Program-made: the position numbers and the translations under genes
Part shown: in pieces, positions 37,790 through 46,673 of the stretch
Layout: every line of letters starts with the position of its first letter
How positions within the stretch are numbered: position 1 is the stretch's first letter
From: Chloroflexota bacterium
GTDB taxonomy: Bacteria; Chloroflexota; Anaerolineae; Anaerolineales; E44-bin32
DNA: 55,282 nucleotides
Assembly (NCBI GenBank): GCA_027298025.1
Contig: JAPUGV010000232.1
Span: 1 to 55,282, forward strand
Direction of reading: 5' to 3'
Notes under the pieces: model-generated
What the model was told of the DNA's origin: nothing
Database searches by the model: none
What the model saw: the letters and a program-made list of their open reading frames with translations, nothing else

Positions 37790-39067
37790 TCACATGGCGG
37801 CTGAAACGCGCTCCAAGCCCCCCATCCAGGGGCGCAGAACCTCTGGCACCTTTACGCTACCGTCCTCCTGCTGATAGTTCTCCAGGACCGCGATCATCGT
37901 GCGCGGCAGGGCCAGTCCCGAGCCGTTCAGGGTATGGACGTATTCCGGCTTGGCGCCCTTTTCGCGCCGGAAGCGGATGTCCGTCCTGCGCGCCTGAAAG
38001 GCCTCGGTGTTGCTTACAGAGCTCACTTCCAACCACTCATCCGAGCCGGGCGCCCAGATCTCCAGGTCATATTTCTTGGCGGCCGTGAATCCGAGGTCCC
38101 CGGTCACCATCTGCACCACCCGGTAGGGGATCTCCAGGGCCCGGCAGACCGCCGATGCATGCTCTACGATCTGCTCCAGTGCACCGTAAGAATCCTCCGG
38201 CGTAGTGAGCTTATACATCTCGACCTTGTCAAATTGATGGCCCCGCTTGATGCCTCGCACGTCTCGACCGCCGGAAAATTTTTCCCGCCGGAAACAAGGC
38301 GTATGGGCCACGTAGCTCAGCGGCAGATCTTCCGCATCCAGGATTTCGTCCCGATGCAGATTCGTGAGCGGAATCTCGGCCGTGCCGATCAGCCACAGGT
38401 CGTCCTCTGCGTCTCGATAAATGTTGTCCGCGAATTTAGGGAGCTGGCCGGCGCCCCACATGCACTGCTCCTTGACGATGGCCGGGGGGTAAATTTCGGT
38501 GTAGCCATGCTCCGCAACATGCAGGTCCAGCATCCACTGGATTAGTGCTCGCTGCAGCTTCGCCCCGGCACCCTTGAGCACATAGAACCGGCTTCCAGAC
38601 AGTTTGACCCCACGCTCAAAATCCAAGATCCCAAGCCGAGGGCCGAGATCCCAGTGCGGCAACGGTTCGAAACCGAACTCGCGCGGCTTGCCTTCCTCTC
38701 TCAACACGACGTTTTCGCTCTCATCCGCTCCGACCGGCACGCTCGGGTCCGGGAGGTTCGGCACTTCATACATCGCCCGTTTCAACGCCTCTTCGTTTTC
38801 TCGCAGATCAGCTTCCAGCTGCTTAATACGCTCGTTAAGCCCGCTCGTCGAGTCGATGAGCGTTTGGCGCTCTTCCCCCGCCTCCATACGGCCGATTCGC
38901 TCGGAGGTCTCGTTTCGCTCCTGTCGCAGACTCTCGAGCTCCTGCAGGATTTCCCGACGCCCAAGGTCCAGGCTAACGATCTCATCGATCGGTGCTTCGG
39001 TCCCCAAACTGGCGATCGCTTCCTTAACCGCCTCGGGATCCTGGCGGATTAATTGGATATCTAGCAT
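37790..39067 (-). CDS. serS: Seryl-tRNA synthetase
   Basis: N-terminal coiled-coil arm starting MLDIQLIRQDPE. Class II motif 2 is FRREKFSGGRDVRGIKRGHQFDKVE and motif 3 is GSGLALPRTMIAVLENYQ. The ATG at 39067 has a GGAGA RBS and a consensus promoter upstream. The ORF-track extension to 39277 runs through that promoter. Confidence 0.92.
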   Translation of the reverse strand: MLDIQLIRQDPEAVKEAIASLGTEAPIDEIVSLDLGRREILQELESLRQERNETSERIGRMEAGEERQTLIDSTSGLNERIKQLEADLRENEEALKRAMYEVPNLPDPSVPVGADESENVVLREEGKPREFGFEPLPHWDLGPRLGILDFERGVKLSGSRFYVLKGAGAKLQRALIQWMLDLHVAEHGYTEIYPPAIVKEQCMWGAGQLPKFADNIYRDAEDDLWLIGTAEIPLTNLHRDEILDAEDLPLSYVAHTPCFRREKFSGGRDVRGIKRGHQFDKVEMYKLTTPEDSYGALEQIVEHASAVCRALEIPYRVVQMVTGDLGFTAAKKYDLEIWAPGSDEWLEVSSVSNTEAFQARRTDIRFRREKGAKPEYVHTLNGSGLALPRTMIAVLENYQQEDGSVKVPEVLRPWMGGLERVSAAM

Positions 39068-39134
39068 GGCTTCGTCTCCTTCAACGACATGCGCCCCCCG
39101 CCTGTGGGACGAGGGGCACACCGCAAGCGTGAAC

Positions 39135-39162
39135 ATTATAGAAGCCGGCCGCGCGCTGTCAA
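39135..39162 (-). promoter_or_regulatory. Consensus sigma-70 promoter of serS
   Basis: The minus strand reads TTGACA, a 16-nt spacer, then TATAAT, about 70 nt upstream of the serS ATG. Confidence 0.7.
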
Positions 39163-39196
39163 GAACGCACACCTTTTGGCCAGATTTGCCTGGGGT

Positions 39197-39225
39197 TTGA
39201 CAATCCGAATGTAGCAACTTATCCT
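39197..39225 (+). promoter_or_regulatory. Candidate promoter of the alpha-oxoamine synthase operon
   Basis: TTGACA, a 17-nt spacer, then TATCCT, followed by RBS GGGAGGGAGG and the ATG at 39252. It lies back-to-back with the serS promoter. Confidence 0.4.
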
Positions 39226-39251
39226 CACGTTGGGAGGGAGGCATTCTTTGA

Positions 39252-40433
39252 ATGGATATCTTCGACAAGGCCTTCAACTGGACGGATGCGGATCAGGTAA
39301 GGGAGCTGGGGCTCTATCCATGGTTCTTGCCATTGGAAGATACGGAGGGGACAGAAGTCGTGGTGGAGGGTCGCAAGATCCTGATGATCGGTTCCAACAA
39401 CTACCTGGGATTGACGACCGACCCGCGCGTGCGCAAGGCTGCCATCGAGGCCGTCGAACGGTACGGTACCAGCTGCACCGGATCCCGATTCCTCAACGGC
39501 ACGTTGGCTCTTCATCAAGAGGCCGAGGCCCGTTTGGCGAATTTCGTAGGCATGGAGGCCGCGCTGGTCTTCAGCACCGGATACCAGGTCAATCTGGGAA
39601 CCATATCCGCTTTGGTAGAGCGAGGGGACGTGGTTGTGCTCGATAAGGACGACCACGCCAGTATCGTCGACGGTGCGATGCTGGCCCTGGGAGAGATTCG
39701 CCGCTATTCACACAACGATATGGACCATTTGGATCGAGTGCTCGAGAAGATCGATGAGGATACCGGCGTGCTGGTGGTCGTGGACGGCGTGTACAGTATG
39801 GGTGGCGATCTCGCCCCGCTGCCGGACATTATCCCCATCACGAAAAAACATGGCGCGCGCCTGATGGTCGATGATGCCCACAGTCTCGGCATGATGGGCG
39901 GCGGCCGCGGGACGCCTGCTCATTTTGGCGTGACCGAAGACATCGACCTGATCATGGGAACCTTCAGCAAGTCCTTCGCTTCGCTGGGAGGCTTCATCGC
40001 TGGCGATGCGGACGTCATGGACTATATCCAGCATCACGCGCGGTCCTTCATGTTCAGCGCCTCCATGCCGGCCTCGAACGTGGCTGCGGTGCTGGCGTCG
40101 CTCGATATTATGGAGAAGGAGCCTGAGCACGTCGAGCGGCTGTGGGAGGTCACTGAGCGCATGCGCTCTGGACTGAAGGAAATGGGTTTCCAGATGGGGC
40201 CCAGCACCACGCCCATTATCCCCATTATTATCGGTGAGAGGGAGAGGACCTTCAAGGCCTGGAAGATGTGCTTCGCCGCCGGCCTCTACACAAACGCAGT
40301 CATCGCCCCCGCCGTGCCGCCCGATATGGGCATGCTGCGCACCAGCTATATGGCTACACATACCGACGAGCAGATTGATCGAGCGCTGAACATCCTGGGC
40401 GAGGTTGGCCGGGAGCTGGAACTGATTGAGTGA
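39252..40433 (+). CDS. PLP-dependent alpha-oxoamine synthase, serine-palmitoyltransferase-like
   Basis: NNYLGL, GSRFLNGT, VFSTGYQVNLGTIS, DGVYSMGGDLAPL, and GTFSKSFASLGGF (PLP lysine). From memory these motif variants match bacterial Spt (GSRMLNGT, VFSTGYMANLGIIS, EGVYSMLGDIAPL, GTFSKSVGTVGGF). They fit Spt better than Kbl, BioF or HemA. Confidence 0.8.
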   Translation: MDIFDKAFNWTDADQVRELGLYPWFLPLEDTEGTEVVVEGRKILMIGSNNYLGLTTDPRVRKAAIEAVERYGTSCTGSRFLNGTLALHQEAEARLANFVGMEAALVFSTGYQVNLGTISALVERGDVVVLDKDDHASIVDGAMLALGEIRRYSHNDMDHLDRVLEKIDEDTGVLVVVDGVYSMGGDLAPLPDIIPITKKHGARLMVDDAHSLGMMGGGRGTPAHFGVTEDIDLIMGTFSKSFASLGGFIAGDADVMDYIQHHARSFMFSASMPASNVAAVLASLDIMEKEPEHVERLWEVTERMRSGLKEMGFQMGPSTTPIIPIIIGERERTFKAWKMCFAAGLYTNAVIAPAVPPDMGMLRTSYMATHTDEQIDRALNILGEVGRELELIE

Positions 40434-41448
40434 CCGCGTCCTCGTTACGGGCGCGACGGGCTTCATCGGCTCCCACCTAGTCAAAGCGCTACTAGAAAAG
40501 GGCGACCAAGTCGCCTGCCTCGTGCGCCCCACCTCCGATACGTCGAGCCTTCCTGTTGAGAATCTTGATTTACGGATCGGCGACGTCACCGATCCAGCTA
40601 GCCTGGAGGCTGCGGTACTAGAGGTCGACGTCGTCTACCATCTTGCAGGCATGCTCGTGGGCCGATCCTTGGCGGATCTAAACACGGTAAATGAGACGGG
40701 GACACGGAATGTCGCCCGGGCTTGCGCTGCCCTTCAGACTCCTCCCGTACTGATAATGTTGTCTTCGCTTGAAGCTGCCGGACCGGATGCGGACGGCGAA
40801 GTACGCACCGAGGCGGACCCCTCCGCGCCTGTAAGCAACTATGGGCGGAGCAAGCTCGCGGGGGAGTTGGCGGTTAATGAATTTGCTGATGTAGTTCCAA
40901 TAACCATCGTGCGTGCTTCCGCGGTATTCGGCGAGCGGGATCCCCAGACGCTTGCGCTCTTCAACGCCTTTCGGATCGGCGGCCTTGGCATTCACCCATT
41001 GCCGCGCGCACATTCGATCAAAGTGTCGGTGATCCACTCGAGCGATCTGGCCGCGCATCTAAGACTGGCAGCGTCGAACGGCGAACGGCTTCAACTAAAT
41101 TCGGGCGCGCCTGGGGAGGGGCTTTATTATGCGGCTTATGAGGAGACGCTTAGCCTAGCGGAGCTGATCGGGATGGCCGCGGAGGCCCTGGGCGAGGAGA
41201 GGGTGTGGATCATAGATGTTCCAATAGCGTTTGCTTGGATCGTGGGTGGTGCATCTGAGACCTGGGCTCGCCTTCGAGGCCGCTCGCCCGGGATCATCAA
41301 CCTGGACAAGGTTCGCTCTGCGGCCGCGGGCTCTTTTACTTGCTCCTCGGAGAAATCGCGGCAGCAACTTGGCTTTGTGCCAGCCCGTTCACTACCAGAA
41401 CGGATCGGCCAGACGGTTGCCTCATATCAAGCGAAGGGTTTGCTCTAA
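40426..41448 (+). CDS. NAD(P)-dependent extended SDR (epimerase/dehydratase-fold reductase)
   Basis: VTGATGFIGSHL Rossmann motif and the YGRSK catalytic YxxxK. Length 340 aa. The TTG start overlaps the upstream stop by 8 nt, indicating translational coupling. Confidence 0.8.
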   Translation: MSDRVLVTGATGFIGSHLVKALLEKGDQVACLVRPTSDTSSLPVENLDLRIGDVTDPASLEAAVLEVDVVYHLAGMLVGRSLADLNTVNETGTRNVARACAALQTPPVLIMLSSLEAAGPDADGEVRTEADPSAPVSNYGRSKLAGELAVNEFADVVPITIVRASAVFGERDPQTLALFNAFRIGGLGIHPLPRAHSIKVSVIHSSDLAAHLRLAASNGERLQLNSGAPGEGLYYAAYEETLSLAELIGMAAEALGEERVWIIDVPIAFAWIVGGASETWARLRGRSPGIINLDKVRSAAAGSFTCSSEKSRQQLGFVPARSLPERIGQTVASYQAKGLL

Positions 41449-41507
41449 AATCCGCAGGCCCGCGTCGATGACCGGGTTGAGATCTCCTTACTGATCCTGC
41501 CAAATCC

Positions 41508-42422
41508 ATGACCCAGAAGCATACCGAGACCTACCTTATCCGACACGATGAGTGTGACGCCTACGGCGTCCTGAACAACACCGCTTACCTGCGGCTAGCT
41601 CAGGAAACGGCCTGGCGGCATTCAATCGCCGCCGGTTTCGGATATGAGTACTATGAAGACTTGCAGCGAGCGTGGGTTGCCCGAGATTCATCAATTGAGT
41701 ACATACAGCCGGTGACTTACGGGAATATTCTCGCGGTGACAACTCATGTTCCTAGCACTCGGCGATCGATTGCCCGCAGAACTTTCGAGTTTCAGCTTGA
41801 AGGGGAACTCGTCGCCAAATCCCACACGGACTATGTGTTCCTCGATATTTTCCGCCAGGCACCAGCCAGGATCCCGAACGAGATCATCGAGGCCCTGTTC
41901 ACGGACGACGAGCGTCCTGTCAGGCTGAGACGGGAGCCGTTTCCTGATCCCCCTCCAGCTCCCGCAGGCGCCATCACCTGGCAACGCCGAGTCGAGTGGC
42001 GAGACGTCGACCCCTTCGGGCACCTCAACAACGCGGCCTACCTCTCCTATACGCAGGAAGCGGCTATCGAGGCCGGCCTCGCCTACGGCGTTACGCATGC
42101 TAGCTCCCTCGAAGCGGGATTGGGTTGGGCCCTGAAACGCAGCCGGATAGAGTATCTACGGCCCGCGCTGCCGGATGAAGAGCTACAAATCAAAACCTGG
42201 CTCTCCTCACTGAGGCAGGCCAGCGCGGTGAGATGCTATTCCGTTACTCGACTTACGGATGGAGAACAGTTGGCGCGGGCGGAATCGCATTGGTTTACTG
42301 TGGATCTAGATTCCGGCAAGCCTCGCCGTATTCCGCAGTGGATGCGTGAGGCCCTCGCCCCCAATGTCAGCAGCCGGGAAACGAAGCGCGCCCCGGAGAG
42401 CGCAAGCCAGAAGACCTCTTAG
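41508..42422 (+). CDS. Tandem hotdog-fold thioesterase (4HBT/YbgC or acyl-ACP thioesterase-like)
   Basis: Two internal repeats each show the thioesterase N-terminal pattern: IRHDECDAYGVLNNTAYLRLAQETA and VEWRDVDPFGHLNNAAYLSYTQEAA. Each is followed by a W-x-x-x-x-x-x-IEY core strand. Confidence 0.75.
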   Translation: MTQKHTETYLIRHDECDAYGVLNNTAYLRLAQETAWRHSIAAGFGYEYYEDLQRAWVARDSSIEYIQPVTYGNILAVTTHVPSTRRSIARRTFEFQLEGELVAKSHTDYVFLDIFRQAPARIPNEIIEALFTDDERPVRLRREPFPDPPPAPAGAITWQRRVEWRDVDPFGHLNNAAYLSYTQEAAIEAGLAYGVTHASSLEAGLGWALKRSRIEYLRPALPDEELQIKTWLSSLRQASAVRCYSVTRLTDGEQLARAESHWFTVDLDSGKPRRIPQWMREALAPNVSSRETKRAPESASQKTS

Positions 42423-43420
42423 AAGCTCAGGGGAACGAGCAGATTCAGCAGTAGTCCGGCCACAAACAGCAGGCCGGCGAGCTTATTGTGATAGAAGGCC
42501 CAACTGACGTACCACAGGGGCCAGACCGCGTAGCCTTCAGGCGCTTCGCTGGGCTTGGGCTCTCGATAGAGTTGATACGCCGTCCTGAGTCTGGGAAGCG
42601 CCAGCGCCACCAGCAGCAGCCAGACGCCCAGAGTGCCCGTCAGCACCAGCGCCAGTACCACCAAATAGAAACCCACCATTAGCGCCATATTCAGGCGAAG
42701 CGAGGTCACCTCACCCAGGATAACGGGCAGGGTCCGAATTCCCTTGGCCGTGTCGGCCTCGATCTTATCGATGTGCTTACCCATCAAGACCGTAGCTACC
42801 GCTATGCCATAAGGAATCGTTGCTAGCCAGACCCCGAAAGTCGGCAGGGTTCCGGCCGTTACAAAGTACGTGCCCCCGATCATGAGCGGTCCCCACACCA
42901 GAAATACACCTGGCTCGCCCAACCCGCGGTGCTTGAGCTTGATGGGTGGTGCAACGTAGAAGAAGCTAATGAATAATCCGGCCAATGCAAAGACCGCGGT
43001 TGGCCAACCCGTGCGCGCGGTGAGCACGATCAGAATCAGCAGATTTAGCACGTTAGCCAGGATCACCGCTCCGCCCAGTTTTCCTTTCGAGACCAGTCCG
43101 CCGAGTATAGGATGCGGCGCGTACTGTGCACGGGCATAGTCCTCCGTGTCCACTCCGCCTTCCAGGTCGAAGTAGTCGTTATTCATGTTGTTGGCGCCGT
43201 GTGCAATGAGCAACCCAAGAAAGGCCAACGCAAAGTTGAGCCAGTTAGGATTTCCCACCACCGCCGCCGCAAATAGGCCGCCGATCAGAGCTGAAGTCGC
43301 AGTCATGGTGAAGACCGCTGCGCGTGTGATGATCAACCACTTGCTGACGACGTCCATATCCTTGTCAGGCGACAGGTTGGCCGTGTCCATAACTTCTTTC
43401 CAGTTGGAGATCAGAGACAC
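42419..43420 (-). CDS. menA: UbiA-family aromatic prenyltransferase, MenA-like
   Basis: Polytopic, 333 aa. The first Asp-rich motif NNMNNDYFDLEGGVD resembles the MenA N-[DE]-Y-[FY]-D-x3-G-x-D variant. A second motif region lies around GKHIDKIEAD. Confidence 0.6.
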   Translation of the reverse strand: MSLISNWKEVMDTANLSPDKDMDVVSKWLIITRAAVFTMTATSALIGGLFAAAVVGNPNWLNFALAFLGLLIAHGANNMNNDYFDLEGGVDTEDYARAQYAPHPILGGLVSKGKLGGAVILANVLNLLILIVLTARTGWPTAVFALAGLFISFFYVAPPIKLKHRGLGEPGVFLVWGPLMIGGTYFVTAGTLPTFGVWLATIPYGIAVATVLMGKHIDKIEADTAKGIRTLPVILGEVTSLRLNMALMVGFYLVVLALVLTGTLGVWLLLVALALPRLRTAYQLYREPKPSEAPEGYAVWPLWYVSWAFYHNKLAGLLFVAGLLLNLLVPLSF

Positions 43421-43440
43421 ACTTCCACCTATGGGACCAA

Positions 43441-46400
43441 ATGATCAGGGGCGAGTCTACCGTCTGGGGCATAGGGTGTAATCGGAAACGGCGCCGCGCT
43501 GGCTTCCATGATAAACTCGCCGGTTCCCCTATCGAGGCTCCGATTTTGGCCGTCGAAGTCCAAGAACCCACTCAAAATACTCGCGACATTTGGGCAGCCG
43601 CGCTGAAAGCCGCTGCCGGTGTATCGCGCCAGGCCGCCTCCAGCGAGGAGGACCTGGTTCGAGCCGTCACCAAAGAACTCCGGCGGCTCAATCTCCGGGG
43701 AGCAATTGCCTTGCTAGATCGAGACGGGCAACTGGTGCTGCAAGGCCGCGCGCTTAACCGCATAGTCGAACGCCAACTCAAGAAGCTGAGCGGCCTATCG
43801 CTGGAAGGCTTACGGTTCGATCCTCAGGAAGTTGACACCTATCGGCGGGCTCTAGAAGACCGTAGGGCTGTATTTGAACACGACAACAGCGATACGGTGG
43901 CCCAGATGATCCCGCGTGGGTTGGCATCTCTCTTGCCACGGATCATGCAAATTATGGGATCCCAGCCGGTTATCGTGGCGCCGCTAATCCTCGAAGACCG
44001 GCCGCTGGGCACGATAAACGTTACCGCGAGTTGGCTGACGCCGGACGATATTCCGATGGTGGAGGCACTCTCTGATCACATCGCGATTGCTCTGGGGCAT
44101 GTGCGCACCCGAACCCAGATGCATGAGGCTCTCGAACGCGAGAAGTTGCGCAATCAAGTCATCGAGGCCGTTGCGAGCTCGCTCGACCTTTCTGATGTCC
44201 TCAAACGCGTGCTAGACCTGGCAGTGGAAGTAGTGCAGGCGGATGCGGGTGCAATCGGACTGATCACGCCCGACGGCAAGTCCATAAATTACCCTTATTT
44301 GATTGGCTTGCCTGGCTCCTTGAAGCGGGAAACCACCCCTAAGGACGAGGGCCTTGCCTGGCGCCTCATCGAGACCCGAAAGCCGATACTGCTTCACGAG
44401 TACTCTCACCATCCGAGTGCTCTTCCGCAATGGGTTGACTCGGGGGTGCATTCCTTTATGGGATTTCCATTGATCGCGGGCGACGAGCCAATCGGTACGA
44501 TGGGGCTCTTCATCAAAGAGAAGGACCGTGCGTTTGCGGAGGAGCAGCTGGAGCGGGCGCAAGCCGTAGCCACCATGGCCGCCATGGCGGTTCACAACGC
44601 ACGATTGCTTGAGGAAGCGAATCGGCGTGCCGAGGAGGCGCAAGCACTGATCCATACTGCCCGATCGATCTCCGCCTCCTTGGACCAAGAAACGGTTCTC
44701 AATTTAATCGCCGAGAAGGCGAAGGACTTGCTGCAGGCGGATGGCAGTCGCATTCACCTGCACGACCCCGACGCGGACGTGCTACGTTGTGTGATCGCCT
44801 TGGATGAGGCGTCGGAGGCATTTCTGGCAGTGGAGCTGAAGCCAGGCGAGGGTCTTGTTGGGCACGTGATGGAGAGCGGCGAGCCGCTGCTCACCAACCA
44901 ACCATACGACGATCCACGGGGATTGCAGGTTCCCGGCACGCCCGAGGAAGAGCCTGAAACCCTCATTCTGGCTCCGCTCAAGGTGCGGCAAAGGACGATG
45001 GGCGTAATGACTGTGCGCCGTATCGGCACCGAGCATCCCTTCCTGCATAGCGATTTGGAGATTCTGATCGCCTTCGCTGCACAGGCGGCGGTTGCGCTTG
45101 AGAACGCACACTTGTACGGGCAGATCATGTCGCAGGCGCATCGGCTAGAGATCGAGGTCAATGAGCGCACGCGGGACCTGGCGCTTTCCGAAGCGCGCTA
45201 CCGGGCTCTGGTGGAGACTGCCGTGGGCGGAATCTTCCAGGCCGATCTGGAGGCCCGCTTCGTATATGTCAACCAGGCCTTTGCAGACATGCTTGAATAC
45301 AAGGTTGATGAGCTGCTGGGCCAACCAGTAACTGTCTGCATTCCGAAGGACATCGGACCGGAAATCATTGAACGCTATCAGGCTCGGCTGCGCGGGGAAG
45401 CCCCGGCGAGGGAGGTCTACGATACGGTGTTCTTGAGCCGAAACGACGTGCGCATTCCTGCAATTGTAGCGGTCAGCTTGATCATGGATGAGCAAGACGA
45501 GCCACAAGGAGCCAGCATTCTGGTCTTTGACATCTCGGAGCGAAAGGCGCTTGAGGCCGCGGTAAAGGCTCAACGTGACCGACTGACGGCCATTTTGGCC
45601 CACGTCGGCGACGCCGTATTCGTCATGGACCCGGAGGGGAGCATCGAATTCGTCAACGCCGCCTGGGAGCGTTTGAACGGCTACACCTTCAACGAAGCGA
45701 TTGGTCAAACGCCCAAGATCATCAAGAGCGGTCACCACACGCGCGAGTTTTACGATTCGATGTGGGAAACCATCTTGAGTGGGGAGACTTGGACTGGCGA
45801 GGTGGTCAACAAGCGGAAGGATGGTTCCACCTATGAGGCCGTGGTGACCGTCCAGTCGGTCTTGGGGTCGGCCGGGGAAACCATCAACCTAGTGGGTATT
45901 GAGCACGATATCAGCGCTTTAAAGGAGGTGGATCGGCTGAAGTCCCAATTCGTCTCCGATGTTTCGCACGAACTGCGAACTCCGCTTACTAATATTCGAC
46001 TGTACTTGGATTTGCTGGAGACAACCGAGGATAAGGCCAAGACCCAGCGTTACCTCGAAACCCTGACGCGTGAAAGCGAGCGATTGGCCAACCTGATTGA
46101 CGATCTGCTTTCGCTCTCGCGCCTGGAGGCGGGAGCCACGCCCTTCAATCCTGAGCCTATCGATGTAAGTGAACTGCTTCTGGCCCTCGTCGAAGATCGC
46201 CGCAGCCTGGCAGCCTCGCGCGGCTTGGAACTGTACATGGAATCCGATACCTCGCTGCCCCAAGTCTTTGTAGATAGGCGGCTGATGAGCCAGGTGTTTA
46301 CCAACCTGCTTACCAATGCTATGCACTACACGCCCGAGGGAGGCCGGATTACGGTGCGCTCGACTGTTCCCAAAGGTAAGGATAAGGGTTGGGTCACCGC

Positions 46401-46635
46401 CGTCATCGAAGATAGCGGCATGGGTGTCTTGCCGGAAGAACAGCCCCTAATCTTCGGACGTTTCTATCGTGGTCATGCCGGGGAGAGCTCAGGAGAGGCA
46501 GGAACCGGTCTCGGCCTGGCGATCTGCAAAGAAATCGCCGATCTGCACGGGGGTCGTATCACGGTCGAAAGCACGGGACATAAGGGGAAGGGATCAAAGT
46601 TTACCGTGTGGCTGCCGCTGCATGAGGAAGAGTAG
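43441..46635 (+). CDS. Soluble multi-sensor histidine kinase (GAF x2-3, PAS x2, HisKA, HATPase_c)
   Basis: H-box SHELRTPL and the G-boxes GTGLGLAICKEIADLHGG. Two PAS segments (YRALVETAVGGIFQAD..., LTAILAHVGDAVFVMDPEG...) and GAF-like segments (VLDLAVEVVQADAGAIGL, KAKDLLQADGSRIHL). There are no TM helices. The true start is uncertain, because the ATG at 43441 is only 20 nt from the divergent menA-like start. Confidence 0.85.
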   Translation: MIRGESTVWGIGCNRKRRRAGFHDKLAGSPIEAPILAVEVQEPTQNTRDIWAAALKAAAGVSRQAASSEEDLVRAVTKELRRLNLRGAIALLDRDGQLVLQGRALNRIVERQLKKLSGLSLEGLRFDPQEVDTYRRALEDRRAVFEHDNSDTVAQMIPRGLASLLPRIMQIMGSQPVIVAPLILEDRPLGTINVTASWLTPDDIPMVEALSDHIAIALGHVRTRTQMHEALEREKLRNQVIEAVASSLDLSDVLKRVLDLAVEVVQADAGAIGLITPDGKSINYPYLIGLPGSLKRETTPKDEGLAWRLIETRKPILLHEYSHHPSALPQWVDSGVHSFMGFPLIAGDEPIGTMGLFIKEKDRAFAEEQLERAQAVATMAAMAVHNARLLEEANRRAEEAQALIHTARSISASLDQETVLNLIAEKAKDLLQADGSRIHLHDPDADVLRCVIALDEASEAFLAVELKPGEGLVGHVMESGEPLLTNQPYDDPRGLQVPGTPEEEPETLILAPLKVRQRTMGVMTVRRIGTEHPFLHSDLEILIAFAAQAAVALENAHLYGQIMSQAHRLEIEVNERTRDLALSEARYRALVETAVGGIFQADLEARFVYVNQAFADMLEYKVDELLGQPVTVCIPKDIGPEIIERYQARLRGEAPAREVYDTVFLSRNDVRIPAIVAVSLIMDEQDEPQGASILVFDISERKALEAAVKAQRDRLTAILAHVGDAVFVMDPEGSIEFVNAAWERLNGYTFNEAIGQTPKIIKSGHHTREFYDSMWETILSGETWTGEVVNKRKDGSTYEAVVTVQSVLGSAGETINLVGIEHDISALKEVDRLKSQFVSDVSHELRTPLTNIRLYLDLLETTEDKAKTQRYLETLTRESERLANLIDDLLSLSRLEAGATPFNPEPIDVSELLLALVEDRRSLAASRGLELYMESDTSLPQVFVDRRLMSQVFTNLLTNAMHYTPEGGRITVRSTVPKGKDKGWVTAVIEDSGMGVLPEEQPLIFGRFYRGHAGESSGEAGTGLGLAICKEIADLHGGRITVESTGHKGKGSKFTVWLPLHEEE

Positions 46636-46673
46636 AACCCCACCCTTAGGTTTCTTTTTGGATACGGACTGTG

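Noticed and set aside
39068-39134. Possible T-box riboswitch upstream of serS
   Set aside because: The leader between the promoter and the ATG is only about 60-70 nt. It has no specifier loop or T-box sequence, whereas T-boxes need roughly 200 nt or more.
39068-39277. 70-codon N-terminal extension of serS in the ORF track
   Set aside because: The extension contains the consensus TTGACA/TATAAT promoter and a GGAGA RBS for the internal ATG at 39067. The canonical SerRS N-terminus MLDIQLIR begins at that ATG.
39708-40589. 293-aa minus-strand ORF antisense to the alpha-oxoamine synthase. Similar long shadow ORFs are 696-1253, 4834-5409, 7892-8563, 16508-17062, 21984-22796, 26676-27359, 27794-28423, 29556-30140, 35706-36359, 37934-38545, 38604-39200, 45145-45738 and 49625-50257.
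   Set aside because: All overlap genes with clear family motifs on the other strand or frame. They are Arg/Pro/Gly-rich, lack RBSs and show no recognisable domains.
39252-41448. Interpretation of the AOS-SDR pair as kbl-tdh (threonine degradation)
   Set aside because: The AOS motifs match Spt-type rather than Kbl-type variants (Kbl has VRFICGT, SCFDANGG, GTLGKALGG). The SDR also lacks the features I associate with GalE-like threonine dehydrogenases. This is not formally excluded without a phylogeny.
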